A DNA stretch of 64,000 nt from the human T2T-CHM13v2.0 reference genome, Homo sapiens (GCF_009914755.1 NC_060929.1); one strand, 5' to 3'; positions 29,630 through 57,555 are shown, counted from the stretch's first letter. Notes: generated by a model from the letters alone, not told the origin. Translations and numbers: made by a program.

Positions 29630-30491
29630 CCCCATCAAAAAGTGGGCGAAGGACATGAACAGACACTTCTCAAAAGAAGACATTTATGCAGCCAAAAAAC
29701 ACATGAAAAAATGCTCATCATCACTGGCCATCAGAGAAATGCAAATCAAAACCACAATGAGATACCATCTCACACCAGTTAGAATGGCAATCATTCAAAA
29801 GTCAGGAAACAACAGGTGCTGGAGAGGATGTGGAGAAATAGGAACACTTTTACACTGTTGGTGGGACTGTAAACTAGTTCAACCATTGTGGAAGTCAGTG
29901 TGCCGATTCCTCAGGGATCTAGAACTGAAAATACCATTTGACCCAGCCATCCCATTACTTGGTATATACCCAAAGGACTATAAATCATGCTGCTATAAAG
30001 ACACATGCACACGTATGTTTATTGCGGCATTATTCACAATAGCAAAGACTTGGAACCAACCCAAATGTCCAACAATGATAGACTGGATTAAGAAAATGTG
30101 GCACATATACACCATGGAATACTATGCAGCCATAAAAAATGATGAGTTCATGTCCTTTGTAGGGACATGGATGAAATTGGAAATCATTCTCAGTAAACTA
30201 TCACAAGAACAAAAAACCAAACACTGCATATTCTCACTCATATGTGGGAATTGAACAATGAGATCACATGGACACAGGAAGGGGAATATCACACTCTGGG
30301 GACTGTTGTGGGGTGGGGGGAGGGGGGAGGGATAGCATTGGGAGATATACCTAATGCTAGATGACGAGTTAGTGGGTGCAGCGCACCAGCATGTCACATG
30401 TATACATATGTAACTAACCTGCACAATGTGCACATGTACCCTAAAACTTAAAAGTATAATAATAATTAAAAAAATTAAATAAAAGAAAAAA
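29630..30491 (+). mobile_element. L1PA2/L1PA3-like 5'-truncated LINE-1 (~860 bp)
   Basis: ORF2p C-terminus (ORF 29655..30254), 3'UTR with ctagatgacgagttagtgg, A-rich tail; 14-bp TSD aaagagaaatccag at 29616-29629 and 30492-30505. Confidence 0.95.
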
Positions 30492-31167
30492 AAAGAGAAA
30501 TCCAGAGCATGAATAATTGACAGTCTTAAAAAAAGGCATAACATGATGAACAAAAGTAATATTAAATATTATTATTATAAAGAAATTGGAGGACAATCAA
30601 AAAAGTAATATACAGAGAAACATCTGACTTATATATTATATTTCAAATTTAAATTTAATTAACAAATAATTGGTAAAAAAACCAGCAAACATAAAGATAA
30701 AATAATTCAACCTGGTATTGTACTGTGGTTTCACAAATTGAGATACAAGAAGCTAGTGAATTTGTGGAGTTTTAACTTGGAAATTCTGTGCTTATCCACA
30801 TTATTTTGTTCATTTATATGGAACCCAGAAATAGCTTTTTCAGATATTTAAATAAACATAAAACTTTCACACAAACAGACGCATATGACATATATTTTTT
30901 CTTTAAAGTGTTGAACATATATACTGGTAAACATAAATTGGTTGGATCATATCTACATACTAACAAATATATATATAAAACAATAAAATATTGTAATTCT
31001 TTAAAAATATGAGATCAACATAAAAACTATCAATTTCAATCTAAAATATGTATCAGCAATTTCAATTAAATAGCCATAATAACTGAAATTTTAAAAACCA
31101 GAAACATCTCAATAGAATTATTGAATAGCAGAAAACATTCTCATCAATGTATTAGATGTGAATAAGA

Positions 31168-33745
31168 GTGTTGAATAGAAGTGTTGAGAGTTGGCATTCT
31201 TCTTTTGTTTCTGATCTTATAGGAAAATATTTCAGTTTTTTACTGTTTGGTATGATGTTTATGGTGGATTTGTAATATATATGGCCTTTATCATGCTTTG
31301 GTACATTTCCTCTGTATCTAGTTTGTTGAGCATTTTTATCATGGTGTTGAGTTTTGGCAAATGCTGTTTCTCCATTTGACAGATGATCATGTAATATTTG
31401 AGGTGACCATGTAATTTTTATTCTTCATTCCGTTAATGTGGTATGTCACATTTAGTTACTTGTGTGTGTAGAAGCCTTCTCGTATCCAAGGGATAAATTC
31501 TCCTTCATCCTAGAGCATGATTTTATAAATGTTCTGTTCAATTGACATTGCCAATAAAATAAATCCAAATCAGAATGGAAGAGGTAAAACAATCTCTGTT
31601 TGCAGATGACATGATCCTATATACGGAAAACTTTAATGTTTCCACACACAAAGCCTTAAAATACACCAATCCTGTAAAGTTGAATGACACAAAATTAATA
31701 TACAAAAATTAGTCATGTTTCTGTAATCTAACAATAAATTATCTGAAAAAAGTTAAGGTAACATCCATTTCCAATAGCATAAAAATGAATAAAATAGGAA
31801 TAATTTAACCAAAGAGGTGAAGATTAGACCTTGATAACTATAAAAGAGATGAAATAAAGGAGACACTATAAATGGAAAGATATCCTGTGTTCATGGATTA
31901 GAAGACTTAATGTTCTTAAAATGTCCATATTACTCAAAGTCATCTAAAGATTCAATGTTATTCCATCAAAATCCCAATGACCTTTTTTAACAGAAATAGA
32001 AAAAAAAAATCCTAAAATTTATATGAACCCACAAAACATTCAGAATGGCCAATGCAACCCCAAGAAAGATAAACAAAGTTGGAGGCAACACACTTTGCTA
32101 TTTCAAAATATGTTACAAAGCTACAATAATTAAAACATTATGGCACTGGCATAAAGACAAACATAAATAAATGGAACAACATAAAGAACCCAGAAATAAT
32201 TCATTTGTATACAGTCAACTGATCTTTGACAAGGGTGCCAAGAATAAATAATGATAAAGGAATAGGCTATTCAACAAAGGCTAGGACAACTACATATCTA
32301 CATGAGAAAGAATAAAATTGGACTCTTACCTTACATTATGTAAAAAGATCAACTCAAAATAGATAAAAACTTAAATTTAAGACTTAACAACTATAAAACT
32401 CCTAGAGGAAAACTGTAAAAAGCTTCATGACATTGGTCTTGGCAATAATAATTTCTGGGATTTGATACTGAAGGCATAAGCAGCAAAAACAAAAATACAC
32501 AAGTGAGACTAGAACAAACTGAAAAGCTTCCACACAGAAACAGAAAGCTGCCACACAGAACAAATGAAAGGTAATCTACTGAATAGCAGAAAATATTTGC
32601 AAACCATATATCCAAAAAAGAGTTAACGTCCAAAATATATAAGCAACTCCTACAACTCAAAGCAAAATATTAAATAACCTAAATAGAAATATGTAAAGAC
32701 CTTGAAGAAATATTTCTTTGAAGAAGACATACAAATGGCCAGCAGATATGTGTAAACATATTGAATATTGTTAATGATCAGGGAACTTGCAAATCAAAAC
32801 TATAAGAAGATAACACCTTACACCTATTAGTACAGTCATTGTAATATCAAAAACCTTAAATGTTTCCAAAAATGTGGAGAAATTGGGACACATACACTGT
32901 TAGTGGAAAAGTACCTTAGAAGATTGTACAGCAGCTATGGAAAGGAATATAGCTGTTTATCAGAAAAATAAAAATAAAACAACCATGATACAACAATCTC
33001 ACTGTTGGGTGTATATCTAAAAACACTGAACTCAGGATCTTGAAGAGTTATCTGCACTCTCATGTTCATTGCAACATTACTCACAATTGCCAAGATATAA
33101 TATGGAAACAAGCCAAATGCCATCAGTAGATGAATGGATAAAGATAATGTGTCACATGCATACAATGGAATATCAATCGCTCCTTAAAAAGAAGGAATCC
33201 TAACATTTGAGACAATGTGGAAGAATATGGATGACAGTATGCTAAGTAAAATAAGGCAATTACAGAAGGGCAAACTGCATGATCTCATTTATATAAGGTA
33301 TTTTAAATAGTCAAACTTATAACAGCAAAAAATATAATACTGGTTGTCAAAGGCTGGGGATTGGGGAAAATGCAGAGTTGTTCTTGGAAGTTGTGATCTA
33401 TGGGTATAAAGTTTTAGTTATGTTAGATGAATATGTTCTAGAGATCTGCAGTACAACATAGTACCTATAGTTAATAAGATGGTTTTGTGCACTTCAAAAT
33501 TGTTGAGTAGATCTCTTGTTAAGTTTTCTTAACACACATAAAACCTCAAACAAAACACCCACAAACCCAATAATAATAAATAAAAAGGAGCACAGGTAAA
33601 CTTCAGGAGTTGTTGAATGTGTCTGTTTATTACTTTGATTGTGGTGATGCTATCATGGCATTTGCATATATCTAAACTCACCAAACTGTGCATATTAAAT
33701 ATGTGAAATTTTTAAATATCTATTACACCTCAATAAAGCTGTTTA
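31168..33745 (+). mobile_element. Old L1MA9-L1MB-type LINE-1 with an inverted 5' piece (~31168-31555 antisense, ~31556-33745 sense)
   Basis: Antisense RT segment abuts sense ctctgtttgcagatgacatgat (FADDM); 3' end tacacctcaataaagctgttt. Confidence 0.8.
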
Positions 33746-33859
33746 AGGATAAGATTCTGTTACAATAAAAATAGTGAAATGAGCTATGTCCAATAATTTC
33801 CCCAAAAGCCAGAGCAAAGAACAAAAAAATATGACCAGAAGCATTATGCATTAATGATT

Positions 33860-33990
33860 AAGAACATAACCTCTACCGTTTACTAACTTAGTGATCTTGG
33901 ATTAGTCACTTAACCTTTTTGTGTCTCTGCATTCTCATCTCTAAGAGAGAGATAATTATTCTACTACTTTATCAGGTTTTTTTAGTGTAA
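33860..33990 (+). mobile_element. MIR remnant
   Basis: tttactaac..gtgatcttggattagtcacttaacctt..gtgtctctgcattctcatct. Confidence 0.6.
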
Positions 33991-35559
33991 GTATAAGGTT
34001 TTTTACTAAAAATAAACAGAAAATATCTTAGTAGTCATAAGAATCCAGAAACTATTATCAATTAGTTATAAAATAAAGCATAAAAATCTGGACTTTAGAA
34101 TAAAATAAATGGAATTTAAAATCACGTAAATTACATTTTAATAATTAATATATCAAATAGAGGAATTAGATCACTTATCAAACGAAAAATAAAAATTCTC
34201 CAAAGACCATTTTTCCAGGATCAAGAAAAATTAACTACAATTATAATAATAAACCCCCAAAGCATCAGAACTTTAAACCTTCAGTTTGGAAAGGCTTATT
34301 GACTGCCAAATCATAATATTGTTTTAAAAATCTATATATTCCTTAGGAAAGTAAGTCATGACACATACATACAATGGAATAATGAACAGCATGACACAAG
34401 TCTGAGTGATTTGAGGGAAGAAATATTCATAATTTGCTTTTCAGAGAGGAAAAGTGAAACAATGTTAACTTCGGTATAAATATACTCACATAGAAATAAA
34501 TGTGTGTGATATTTGAATAAGTAGACTAAAAGAAAAAAATTGAAAACATTTCTTTTAAAAGCAAGTCTTCTTGCATACTACATTAGGTAGAAAAGAGATA
34601 TGAGAAATATTATCAATCTGCTACACCAAGGAAAACATCTTTAGTTTAGATTATTATCTTTAATAATAAGAATGACTTTCTCACACTAAACAAATAATTT
34701 TGAAGCTGCATTTAAAACTTTATCTCCTTGATAGTTATGTTTACAGTAAGAAATTATATTTAAAGGAAGGCATTTAAAGGAATGTTCTCTAAGAAATTAT
34801 CTGTGTTGGAAGATAAACAGATTGCATCCTGTAACTTGTTTGTTTATTTCCAGATATGAGTCCTTGAAGCAAAGGCAAAGGAATAACACCAGGAGAGCAA
34901 ATACTGCTAGGAGGGAATTGAAAATAAAGGAAGTCACATACCCGATATCAGAGAGATATTTGGGAGGCTCTGCTGGTTGGATAAGGAGATAGTCAGAGAA
35001 ACCAGAAGGTCTGTGCAATGAAGGTGTACTTATCTCAGTGTTTCAATAAAACGGATTTAAGCATGCGAACATATACACACAAGTCAGTAAGTTGTGTTTC
35101 AATGTACAAAACATATACCTTCAGAGGTAAAATGCAGCGGTTTAAACAAATGGCACACATACACAATAGCTCTGCCTAAGGCCTCTGCATTTCCAACTCA
35201 GTGAGGGTTGCCAGAGGCAACTTCATGTGCAATGAACTTATCTAGCTTTAAAAATGAGAATTCAGGTTAAAGACTTTTATTTTATTACCATGACAGAGTA
35301 CCATGAGGTAAATGCAAAGGTTCTGGCAAAAGAAAAAGTGTGCCTGTATTAAGTCTAAAATGTCCACTCTTTTCATGCTAACATTGTTAAAGATGTTAAA
35401 TAAGATTTCATATCTTCTAATATTTTCAAATAGTAAAATTTCATTTATATATATATTGTTGTGGAATATATAACACTTTTTCTCCAATTTTGGCATTTCT
35501 ATCATCTCTCTTTCAAAAAATATTAAATCTCATAGTAGTTATTTCCTGCATTACAGGCT

Positions 35560-35695
35560 TGAGCTATAAACTTTAAAATCTGATGAAAATGATGAATCGT
35601 TTCTCCATAAAAAATGTGCATTCATGCATGGAAAAAGATGCAAACAATTTCAGGCCATTTGTGGACCCCTTGAGGGCAAAGTTTAAAATCTATGA
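35560..35695. mobile_element. hAT-Charlie (Charlie4z-like) remnant
   Basis: aatctgatgaaa...ctccataaaaaatgtgcat...caatttcagg...gtggacccct. Confidence 0.45.
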
Positions 35696-35912
35696 TCCAG
35701 AGAAGATATATGTAAGCAGGCCTTTGCTATTTCCAGAATCAAAATCACCTCCACTACAGCAGAGGAGACTGGCTTAGGGTTAACGATTGAGTGAACAGTA
35801 AATAGTGCATGCACAGCTTCTTGAGTGCAAGAAGATCATCAAACAGGAGTGAATTTGCATGAATGATGGATGGGTATATTTTTTCTCTTTGGTTTATGTT
35901 AGCTGAAAAGGT

Positions 35913-37793
<1,881 letters not shown>

Positions 37794-38810
37794 ATGGGGA
37801 AAAAACAGAGCAGAAAAACTGGAAACTCTAAAACGCAGAGCACCTCTCCTCCTCCAAAGGAACGCAGTTCCTCACCAGCAATGGAACAAAGCTGGATGGA
37901 GAATGATTTTGACGAGCTGAGAGAAGAAGGCTTCAGACGATCAAATTACTCTGAGCTACAGGAGGACATTCAAACCAAAGGCAAAGAAGTTGAAAACTTT
38001 GAAAAAAATTTAGAAGAATGTATAACTAGAATAACCAATACAGAGAAGTGCTTAAAGGAGCTGATGGAGCTGAAAACCAAGGCTCGAGAACTACGTGAAG
38101 AATGCAGAAGCCTCAGGAGCTGATGCGATCAACTGGAAGAAAGGGTATCAGCAATGGAAGATGAAATGAATGAAATGAAGTGAGAAGGGAAGTTTAGAGA
38201 AAAAAGAATAAAAAGAAATGAGCAAAGCCTCCAAGAAATATGGGACTATGTGAAAAGACCAAATCTACGTCTGATTGGTGTACCTGAAAGTGATGCGGAG
38301 AATGGAACCAAGTTGGAAAACACTCTGCAGGATATTATCCAGGAGAACTTCCCCAATCTAGCAAGGCAGGCCAACGTTCAGATTCAGGAAATACAGAGAA
38401 CGCCACAAAGATACTCCTCGAGAAGAGCAACTCCAAGACACATAATTGTCAGATTCACCAAAGTTGAAATGAAGGAAAAAATGTTAAGGGCAGCCAGAGA
38501 GAAAGGTCGGGTTACCCTCAAAGGGAAGCCCATCAGACTAACAGCGGATCTCTCGGCAGAAACCCTACAAACCAGAAGAGAGTGGGGGCCAATATTCAAC
38601 ATTCTTAAAGAAAAGAATTTTCAACCCAGAATTTCATATCCAGCCAAACTAAGCTTCATAAGTGAAGGAGAAATAAAATACTTTATAGACAAGCAAATGC
38701 TGAGAGATTTTGTCACCACCAGGCCTGCCCTAAAAGAGCTCCTGAAGGAAGCGCTAAACATGGAAAGGAACAACCAGTACCAGCCGCTGCAAAATCATGC
38801 CAAAATGTAA
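37794..38810 (+). pseudogene. L1 ORF1p (338 codons) with two in-frame nonsense codons
   Basis: MGKKQ...QNHAKM in one frame; TGA at 38121 (codon 110) and 38181 (codon 130), both at Arg positions, consistent with CGA>TGA. Confidence 0.93.
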
Positions 38811-38846
38811 AGACCATCGAGACTAGGAAGAAACTGCATCAACTAA

Positions 38847-42812
<3,966 letters not shown>

Positions 42813-42933
42813 CAAGTTAGTGGGTGCAGCGCACCAGCGCGGCACATGTATACATATGTAACTAACCTGCACAATGTGCACATGTACCCTAAAACTTAAA
42901 GTATAATAAAAAAAAAAAAGAAAATGTGGCACA

Positions 42934-43330
42934 TATACACCATGGAATACTATGCAGCCATAAAAAATGATGAGTTCATGTCCTTTGTAGGGACATGGAT
43001 GAAATTGGAAATCATCATTCTCAGTAAACTATCGCAAGAACAAAAAACCAAATGCCGCATATTCTCACTCATAGGTGGGAATTGAACAATGAGATCACAT
43101 GGACACAGGAAGGGGAACATCACACTCTGGGGACTGTTGTGGGGTGGGGGGAGGGGGGAGGGATAGCATTGGGAGATATACCTAATGCTAAATGATGAGT
43201 TATTGGGTGCAGCGCACCAGCGTGGCACATGTATACATATGTAACTAACCTGCACAATGTGCACATGTACCCTAAAACTTAAAGTATAATAATAAAAGAA
43301 AAAAAAAAGAAAGAAAAAAGAAAAGAAAAA
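42934..43330 (+). mobile_element. L1PA3-like host LINE-1, 3' part with A-rich tail
   Basis: Resumes at tatacaccatggaatac, exactly where the 5' part stopped; 3'UTR and (A)nG tail. Confidence 0.95.
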
Positions 43331-43440
43331 GTTAAGGTCTCAGATAATAGAAAAACCAAATAAAGCAAATCCCAGGACTTCATGCTCTGACATAGAACAC
43401 TATAGACACAACAGATAAGAAGCCAAAAATGCCATTTGAG

Positions 43441-44100
43441 CAAGGGTCCACAAACTAAATCCCATCACCTGTTTTTGCATCTCTCACAAACTAAACATGT
43501 TATGTACATGTGTAAATGGTTTTTAAAATTTAAAAATAACATTTCATGAGATTTAAATTCAGTGTCCATAAAATGCTGTTGGAACACAGCTAAGCTCACC
43601 CGTTTACAACTTGTTTCTGCTTTCTATTGTTCTGTAAGAGCAGAGCTGAGTAGTTTTAATAGAGACCATATATCCTGGTGTATTATTCCATTTTCATACT
43701 GCTATGAAGAAATACCTGAGACTGGGTAATTTATAAAGAAACAGAGGTTTAACATACTCAGAGTTTTACGTGACTGGGGAGGTATCACAATCATGCGGAA
43801 GGTGAAAGAAGAGCAAAGGCACATCCTACATGGCAGCAGGCAGGAGAGCGTGGCAGGGGAACTGCCCTTTTTAAAACTATCAGATCTCATGAGACTTATT
43901 TACTATCACAAGAACAGCAGGGGAAAAATCTGCCCCCATGATTCAATTACCTCGCACCGGGTCCCTCCCATGACACATAGGGATTATGGGAGCTACAATT
44001 CAAGTTGAGATTTGGGTGGGGACACAGCCAAACTATATCACCTGGAAAGCCTAACATATTTATTACCTAGTCCTTTACTTAGAAAATTTGCTGAACTCTG
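43441..44100 (+). mobile_element. MER58B-like hAT-Charlie element interrupted by a THE1 LTR
   Basis: caagggtccacaaact...aaattcagtgtccataaa...ggaacacagc...gcagagctgagtagtt...agagacc | aaagcctaa.atattta.ta.ct.g.cctttac..agaaaatttgctgaactctg. Confidence 0.75.
43679..44040 (-). mobile_element. THE1C-like solo LTR
   Basis: tgtatta...ttcatactgctatgaagaaatacctgagactgggtaatt...acacagccaaactatatca; perfect 5-bp TSD cctgg. Confidence 0.9.
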
Positions 44101-44144
44101 ATTTAGAGAATGTGGGTAATTAAATACAGTACTGTGGTAAATGA

Positions 44145-44500
<356 letters not shown>

Positions 44501-44719
44501 TTATATGCTTCTGTATGAAATGGAGTTTCCAAAGAATTTATTTTGTGCCAGCCTGTGGATAGAAGCAAGACAATCAGTCCACACACTTTAAAGGAAATGT
44601 ACATTTCCTTACTGTGTTTTTGGAATGCAAAAGGGAACTATCTTGGAGTTATGCTTCTTATGTTCTTTACTGCATGCATTATGAGGGCTCTATATTGCTG
44701 TCTTCTATTACTTAAGACA

Positions 44720-45400
44720 TAAAATATTTTATATAATAATTGTTAAGTGATATATGTTCAGAAAAGTGCATGAATCATAAGTATATTATGCAATGAATAT
44801 CTAAAATGTGAATACACTCACATAACTACCATTCAAACCTAAAAATGTAAGACTTACTCAGAAATCCTTTACCACCTTTCATGGTCATTCTTTCTACCTC
44901 TTATTCAAGTAGGTCCTAACCTGACCCCTAAAAAATAATAGACACGTTTTTGTTCTTTATATAATTTTCATTTGAATCTTGCTTCTTGCACTCAACATTA
45001 TATTTGTAGGTAATTCATTCAAGTTCTCTAACATGAGCTCATTTATTTATATTGATCTATACTGTTCCATTATAAGTATATATGTAAAAATGTATATCAT
45101 CATGTATGTCCTGCTCTTCAAAAAATTGTGTTTTATATCAAGTTTAGGGCTATTTCTATTATACAGAAGTGGAATTGCTAGGCCATGGGACATATATATG
45201 TTTATCCTTGGGAGTTACCTTGGTAGACTTCCCAAACTGTGGAACAAACCCGCAATGCTACCAAAAAGTTATGAGAAATCCAGCTACTCCAGATTTTCAC
45301 CAATGTTATAAATTGATAATTTAACAAAAATAGTTTTTTGAGTAGGTGTATAGAAGAATTAAATTCTGGTTTTAATAGTAAACCTCTAATAAAGACCATG
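44720..45400 (-). mobile_element. L1ME 3' end remnant
   Basis: cagaaaagtgcatgaatcataagt...tgaatacactcacataactacc. Confidence 0.6.
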
Positions 45401-45409
45401 TAGTAGGAC

Positions 45410-50970
<5,561 letters not shown>

Positions 50971-51989
50971 GACTTTCAATTTTTGTAATTTTTTTCTACT
51001 CTTGCTTCACTTTTTCACCTAGGGTGTAACCCTGCAGACATCTCTACTGAACGCTTTAGGGTTTGCCAGGGCCTTTCTCTGTTGGTTAATTCCCCTCAGC
51101 AATGAAACTGATGAAGTTTTTCTATAAACTTAGGATGTCGCACTCAAATCAGTGTGTTCCCCTTATCTCTAGGACCAAGGTCCCTCTTCAGCTTGCCTCT
51201 ACTTTCAAACAAATGATTTTATAAAATATTTTAGCTCTTATTGTTACTCTTTTATAAATGTTGATCTAATACAAGATAATTCAATGTGGCTGTAAGCAAA
51301 AAGCCTTTAGTCTGTCTAGAGGGCTATTTTGAAATTATAATATATACTGGGAAAGCCTAGCGGCATATTAAGTAACCTGTGTATAAATGAGGACTTCACA
51401 ATGCTTTGTACAGAATAACATATGTGAAGATATCCAAGAAAGTTAAAATTCTCTATGCTAAACTAACATGAGATGTATCATATTTTGAACTGATCTAAAT
51501 AAGTCCAGGGAATTCTCTATGGTGGAACCGATCAGCTTGCCTAGTATCTCTCACATTCGTTCAAGGGTAGAAATTGATCATTATGAGATTACCCCATGTT
51601 GCTGACAAACAATCAGAGGATTATAATAATAAACAGTAGGATCATATCCAACTCATATCCTTTACAAAATACTTATGTTTGGGATTAATGGGGGTCTTAC
51701 ATTTAACATTCATTGTTGAAGATAACTTGATAATTTCACTGTTTTCTGTGTCAGAGATCCCAAGATTATAAAAGTTATTCTACTCTAATGAAGCAGTTGG
51801 AGAAAGGAAGACAAAGTACACCACATTTTTTTTATTTTGTCAATGCTCCATCTTTAAGTACTTTGATGGCAAGTAGCTTAATTTGCTTCTTATGACACAA
51901 TAAGTTTTAGATTGTTTTGTTTGTTTTAATTAGTGTCAGTGGGGTATTAAGAGCCTAATTTGGCTCCTCATTTCATCTATTCCACTTTC

Positions 51990-53682
<1,693 letters not shown>

Positions 53683-55026
53683 TCTGTCTCCTCATTTGAA
53701 TTTCCTGCTATTCCTGTCATTTGTTGTCTAAATATGCTCCTTCTTTTATCTGTCAACTAGATATCTCTGCTGTGATTATGTAAGATTACATGATTACTTA
53801 TTTCTAAACACTTTCCTGCATTTCATCTAACACTTTTTATTTCATAACTGACTTGGTATCTTCAAATTTCAGCTTTCTTGTTTCTATAATGCACAAACCA
53901 TGGTGACAATGAACACTCCACTTTACAAAACACATTTGCAACATTCAAGAAAAAGAAATACTGAGCTTGAGTTAGAAACAACTTCAAATTTTCAAATTTC
54001 AATTAAAAACAAAAACAAAAAAAAGTTGCAGCGCACTTTAAAATGAAACACATCTGAAGCACTTCAGTGGGAATATTTCAAGATTAATTTTACTTTTGAA
54101 ATTGTATTGCCTTTTCATTAATGATGGGTTTGTTTCAGAGATGGACTACATCATGACTATCACAATAAATGATCTTTAGGGTCCCTAAACTTCTCAGAAT
54201 AGCAACTCTAAAGTTAGTCAAAAAAAAGTGTTTACACTCTGTGGTATTGTAGTTTTACATATCATCTCCATATTTCAGAATGACATATTTGTAAAAAAAA
54301 AAGAAAAAGTAGTAATAAAAATGTGGAAAAATTATGCCCAGTTATAATGAAAAGTGTACACTAATTGTAAAGTTAGACTGATTGCTGCTTCTCTTAATTA
54401 AGCTATGGATATAAGAAATACCTATTCAGTAATCCTTTTGTAACTTGGATTGTAGGCATCATTCAAAGAGGAAATAACAAAAGCATCACTAAAGTACACA
54501 ATGTACTAATTACACAGCTACAATAAACTTTTCTTAAAAATGATCTATGGGTTAATATATTTAAATATATTAATGCTTAAATAATTAATGAGTAATACTA
54601 TGACAACTGTTTAGAAAATTAATAATGAGACATGCATATTTTATCAATTTTAACGTTTCCTGAAGTTATTATCTACTTAATTAATTATCATACTCCTCAT
54701 CAGTGATTTATTACATTCTAAGGAATAATTTCATAGTGGATATATATTTTAGTAAAATGAATCATTTTTGTATGTCTCCAAAATTCTGGAAGTACCTGAC
54801 ACTAATAAATTCCTACATTTAAAATAATTTTAAATAACAAAAAAAGTTGTCTTAAACACAAATAAAGAATTAAAAAAATAAGTACTTGTAGGTGTTATGT
54901 AACTGCTATTTATACAATAGCAAGATATATAACTTCATGTTTGACTTTCCTAGGCTGTCAGAAATAAAACTTATTTGCAAATACATTTAGAGGCTTCCTG
55001 AATTTTCTCAGTATGTCTTAATACTT

Positions 55027-55560
55027 TGTGGGATACTATAAAAATGTCACATTCGCTTTCTCTGCCTATTTCCATGTCCTTGGAATACGGCATTGCAGCA
55101 TCTCCAATCAAAAGTCTGTCGTTTCCCAAATCATGAATCTGGGTTGGTTTTATAATGTTTTTAAACTAAGTTACAGTGATAAGGCACAAGTTTCCAGACT
55201 AGGCCTCACAAAGCCTACTTGCTCACTCGTGAGCAACCTTAACCCTCAAATGATCATGTGAATATGTCAAGGGTGTCCTGATTAAGAAGAGTCATCTTTC
55301 AGTATGAGTCCCATCTTTCAGTATGAGAGCTTGCCAACTACCATATATAAAAATGAGGTCATCTAAAATCATCCAGCCTTAAGCTGTCACACAAGTAGGC
55401 AATAAGTACATATGAGAGACTCAAGCAGAGATTAGCTGAGTAGACCCAAAGAAGATGAATGTTCCTGCAAACTCACAAAATTGAAGTTAAATAAAAGATT
55501 GTTGTTTTAAGTCACTAAGTGTAAAGGAGATTTGCTATGTAGTAAAAACTACTTGATACA
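55027..55560 (+). mobile_element. MLT1 (G/H-like) solo LTR
   Basis: TG...CA ends, gttgttttaagtcactaagt...gataca 3' end, perfect 5-bp TSD tactt. Confidence 0.8.
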
Positions 55561-55574
55561 TACTTTCATTTTTA

Positions 55575-57110
55575 AGTCATAATTTTTATAAAAGCTTTAT
55601 TGAGATATAACTCAAATATAATAAAATTCATACTTTTAAAGTTTATAATGAAATGGTTTTAGTATATCCACACAGTATTGCAACCATCCTTCACTATCAC
55701 ATTTTAGAACGTTCTTATTACTCTAGAAAGAAACCATGTGCCCAATAGCGATCTTTCCCTATACCCCCTACACCCCAGCTCTTGACACCACTAATCTACC
55801 TTCTGTCTCTATAGATTGGTCTGTTACGGACTTTTCATGTAAATTAAATCATAAAATATGAGGTAATTTGTGACTGACTTATTTTATCTGGCCTAATCTT
55901 TTCAAAGTCCTTCCATGTTTTATCATATATTAGTACTTAATGCCTTTTAATTGCATCAATTTGTCACTTGATAAATATTTGGAAAACCAATTCTACCTAC
56001 TTTTAGCTATTATGTATAAACCTGCTATTAACATTTGATTACAACCTTTTGTGTGAAAATATGTTTTCAAGTTTCCTGCGTGTATACTTTGAGATGAAAT
56101 ACATAGGTTATAAATTAACTATATAATTAGCATTTTGAGGAACTGCTAAATTGTTTTGCAAAGTGGCTACACAATTTTACTATCCCCAAAACCTTGTATG
56201 GGGGATCCAATTTCTCCACATTCTCATCAACATTTGAGATTGTCTGTCATTGTGATTACAGAAATCCTAGTGAGCATGAAGTGTGATCTCAATGTGATGT
56301 TGATTTGCACTCTCTTCATGATTAATGATGTTAACTATTTTTTCATATGCCTGTTGGTCATTTGTAAAGCTTATTGGAAGAAATGTGTATTCAGAAAATT
56401 TGCTCATTTTCAATATATTTGTATTTTATAGTTGAGGTGTAAGAGTTTCTCATAAATTCTGGTTTACAGGTCTCTAATCAGAAACATAATTTGCAATCAT
56501 TCTCATTATGTGGGTTGCATATTTACTTTCTCAGTAGTGTCCTTTGGGAAAAAAGAAGAGATTTTAGTTGCATTGATGTTCAATTTATCTATTTATTTTT
56601 CTTTTCATACTTAAGAGTTCTGTCTCATATACAAGAAACCAGTGCTTAAAAGTCAGTAAAATTTACTATGTTTTTGTTTATAAATTTTATAGCTTTAAAT
56701 TTTATATTCAAATCTATGAAACATTTTGTTGATTTTGTATATGGTGTGAGGTAGCAGTCTAACTTTCTTGCTTTGCATATGGATATTCACTTGTTTCAGC
56801 ACACATTTGTTTAAAAGATAATCCTTTCCCCATTGAATGGCCCTGAACTCTTATCAAAATTAATTGACCATGAATATATAGCCTTATGTTAGACTCCTGA
56901 TTTTCTTCCCTTGATACAATTTATATTCTTATGCTGGTACCACAGTATCTTGGTTACTGTAACTCTGTAGTAAGTTTAAAAATTCGGAAGCCCTCCAACA
57001 TTATTCTTCTTTTCAAGGTTACTTGAATATTCTGAATCACTTCTATCTTTATATAAACGTTATGAGGAACTTGCCAACTTTTCCTCCCTGAAAAAGAACT
57101 CTGGAATTTT
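55575..57110 (-). mobile_element. L1MB-type 3' region
   Basis: agctttattgagatataac...aaaattcatacttttaaagt antisense 3' end, continuing into ORF2. Confidence 0.75.
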
Positions 57111-57555
57111 GTTTAAGTTCCTTGTAGATTCTGGATATTAGATCTTTGTCAGACGTGTAGTTTGCAAATATTTTCTCCCGTTCTGTACGCTGTCTGCTTA
57201 TTCTGTTGATAGTTTATTTTGCTGCATGGAAGCTCTTTAATCAAGTCCCATTTGTCAATTTGTGTTTTTGTTGCCATAGCTTTTGGTGTCTTCATCATGA
57301 ACTCTTTGCCAGATCCTATGTACAGAATGGTATTTCCTAGATTATCTTACAGTGTTTTTATAGTTTTGCCTTTTACATTTAAATGTTTAATCCACTTTTA
57401 GTTGATTTTTGTGTATGATGTAAGGAAGGGGTCCAGTTTCAATCTTCTGCATATTGTTCGCCTGTCATCCCAGCACCATTTATTGAATAGGGAGTCCTTT
57501 CCCCATTGTTTGTTTGTTTTTTGTCCACTGTGTTAAAGATCAGATAGTTGTAGTT
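57110..57555 (-). mobile_element. L1PA13-16/L1PB-like ORF2 fragment
   Basis: ttaagttccttgtagattctggatattaga...gtaaggaaggggtccagtttcaatcttctgcat; less diverged than its flanks. Confidence 0.7.

Noticed and set aside
34840-35030. Possible exon after the tttgtttatttccag acceptor
   Set aside because: Weak donor, no recognisable coding content and no supporting evidence
42934-43330. Second L1 3' end read as a 3' transduction or assembly stutter of the full-length L1
   Set aside because: It continues exactly from the 35913-36950 fragment across a 16-bp TSD and has older 3'UTR variants, so it is the host's 3' part
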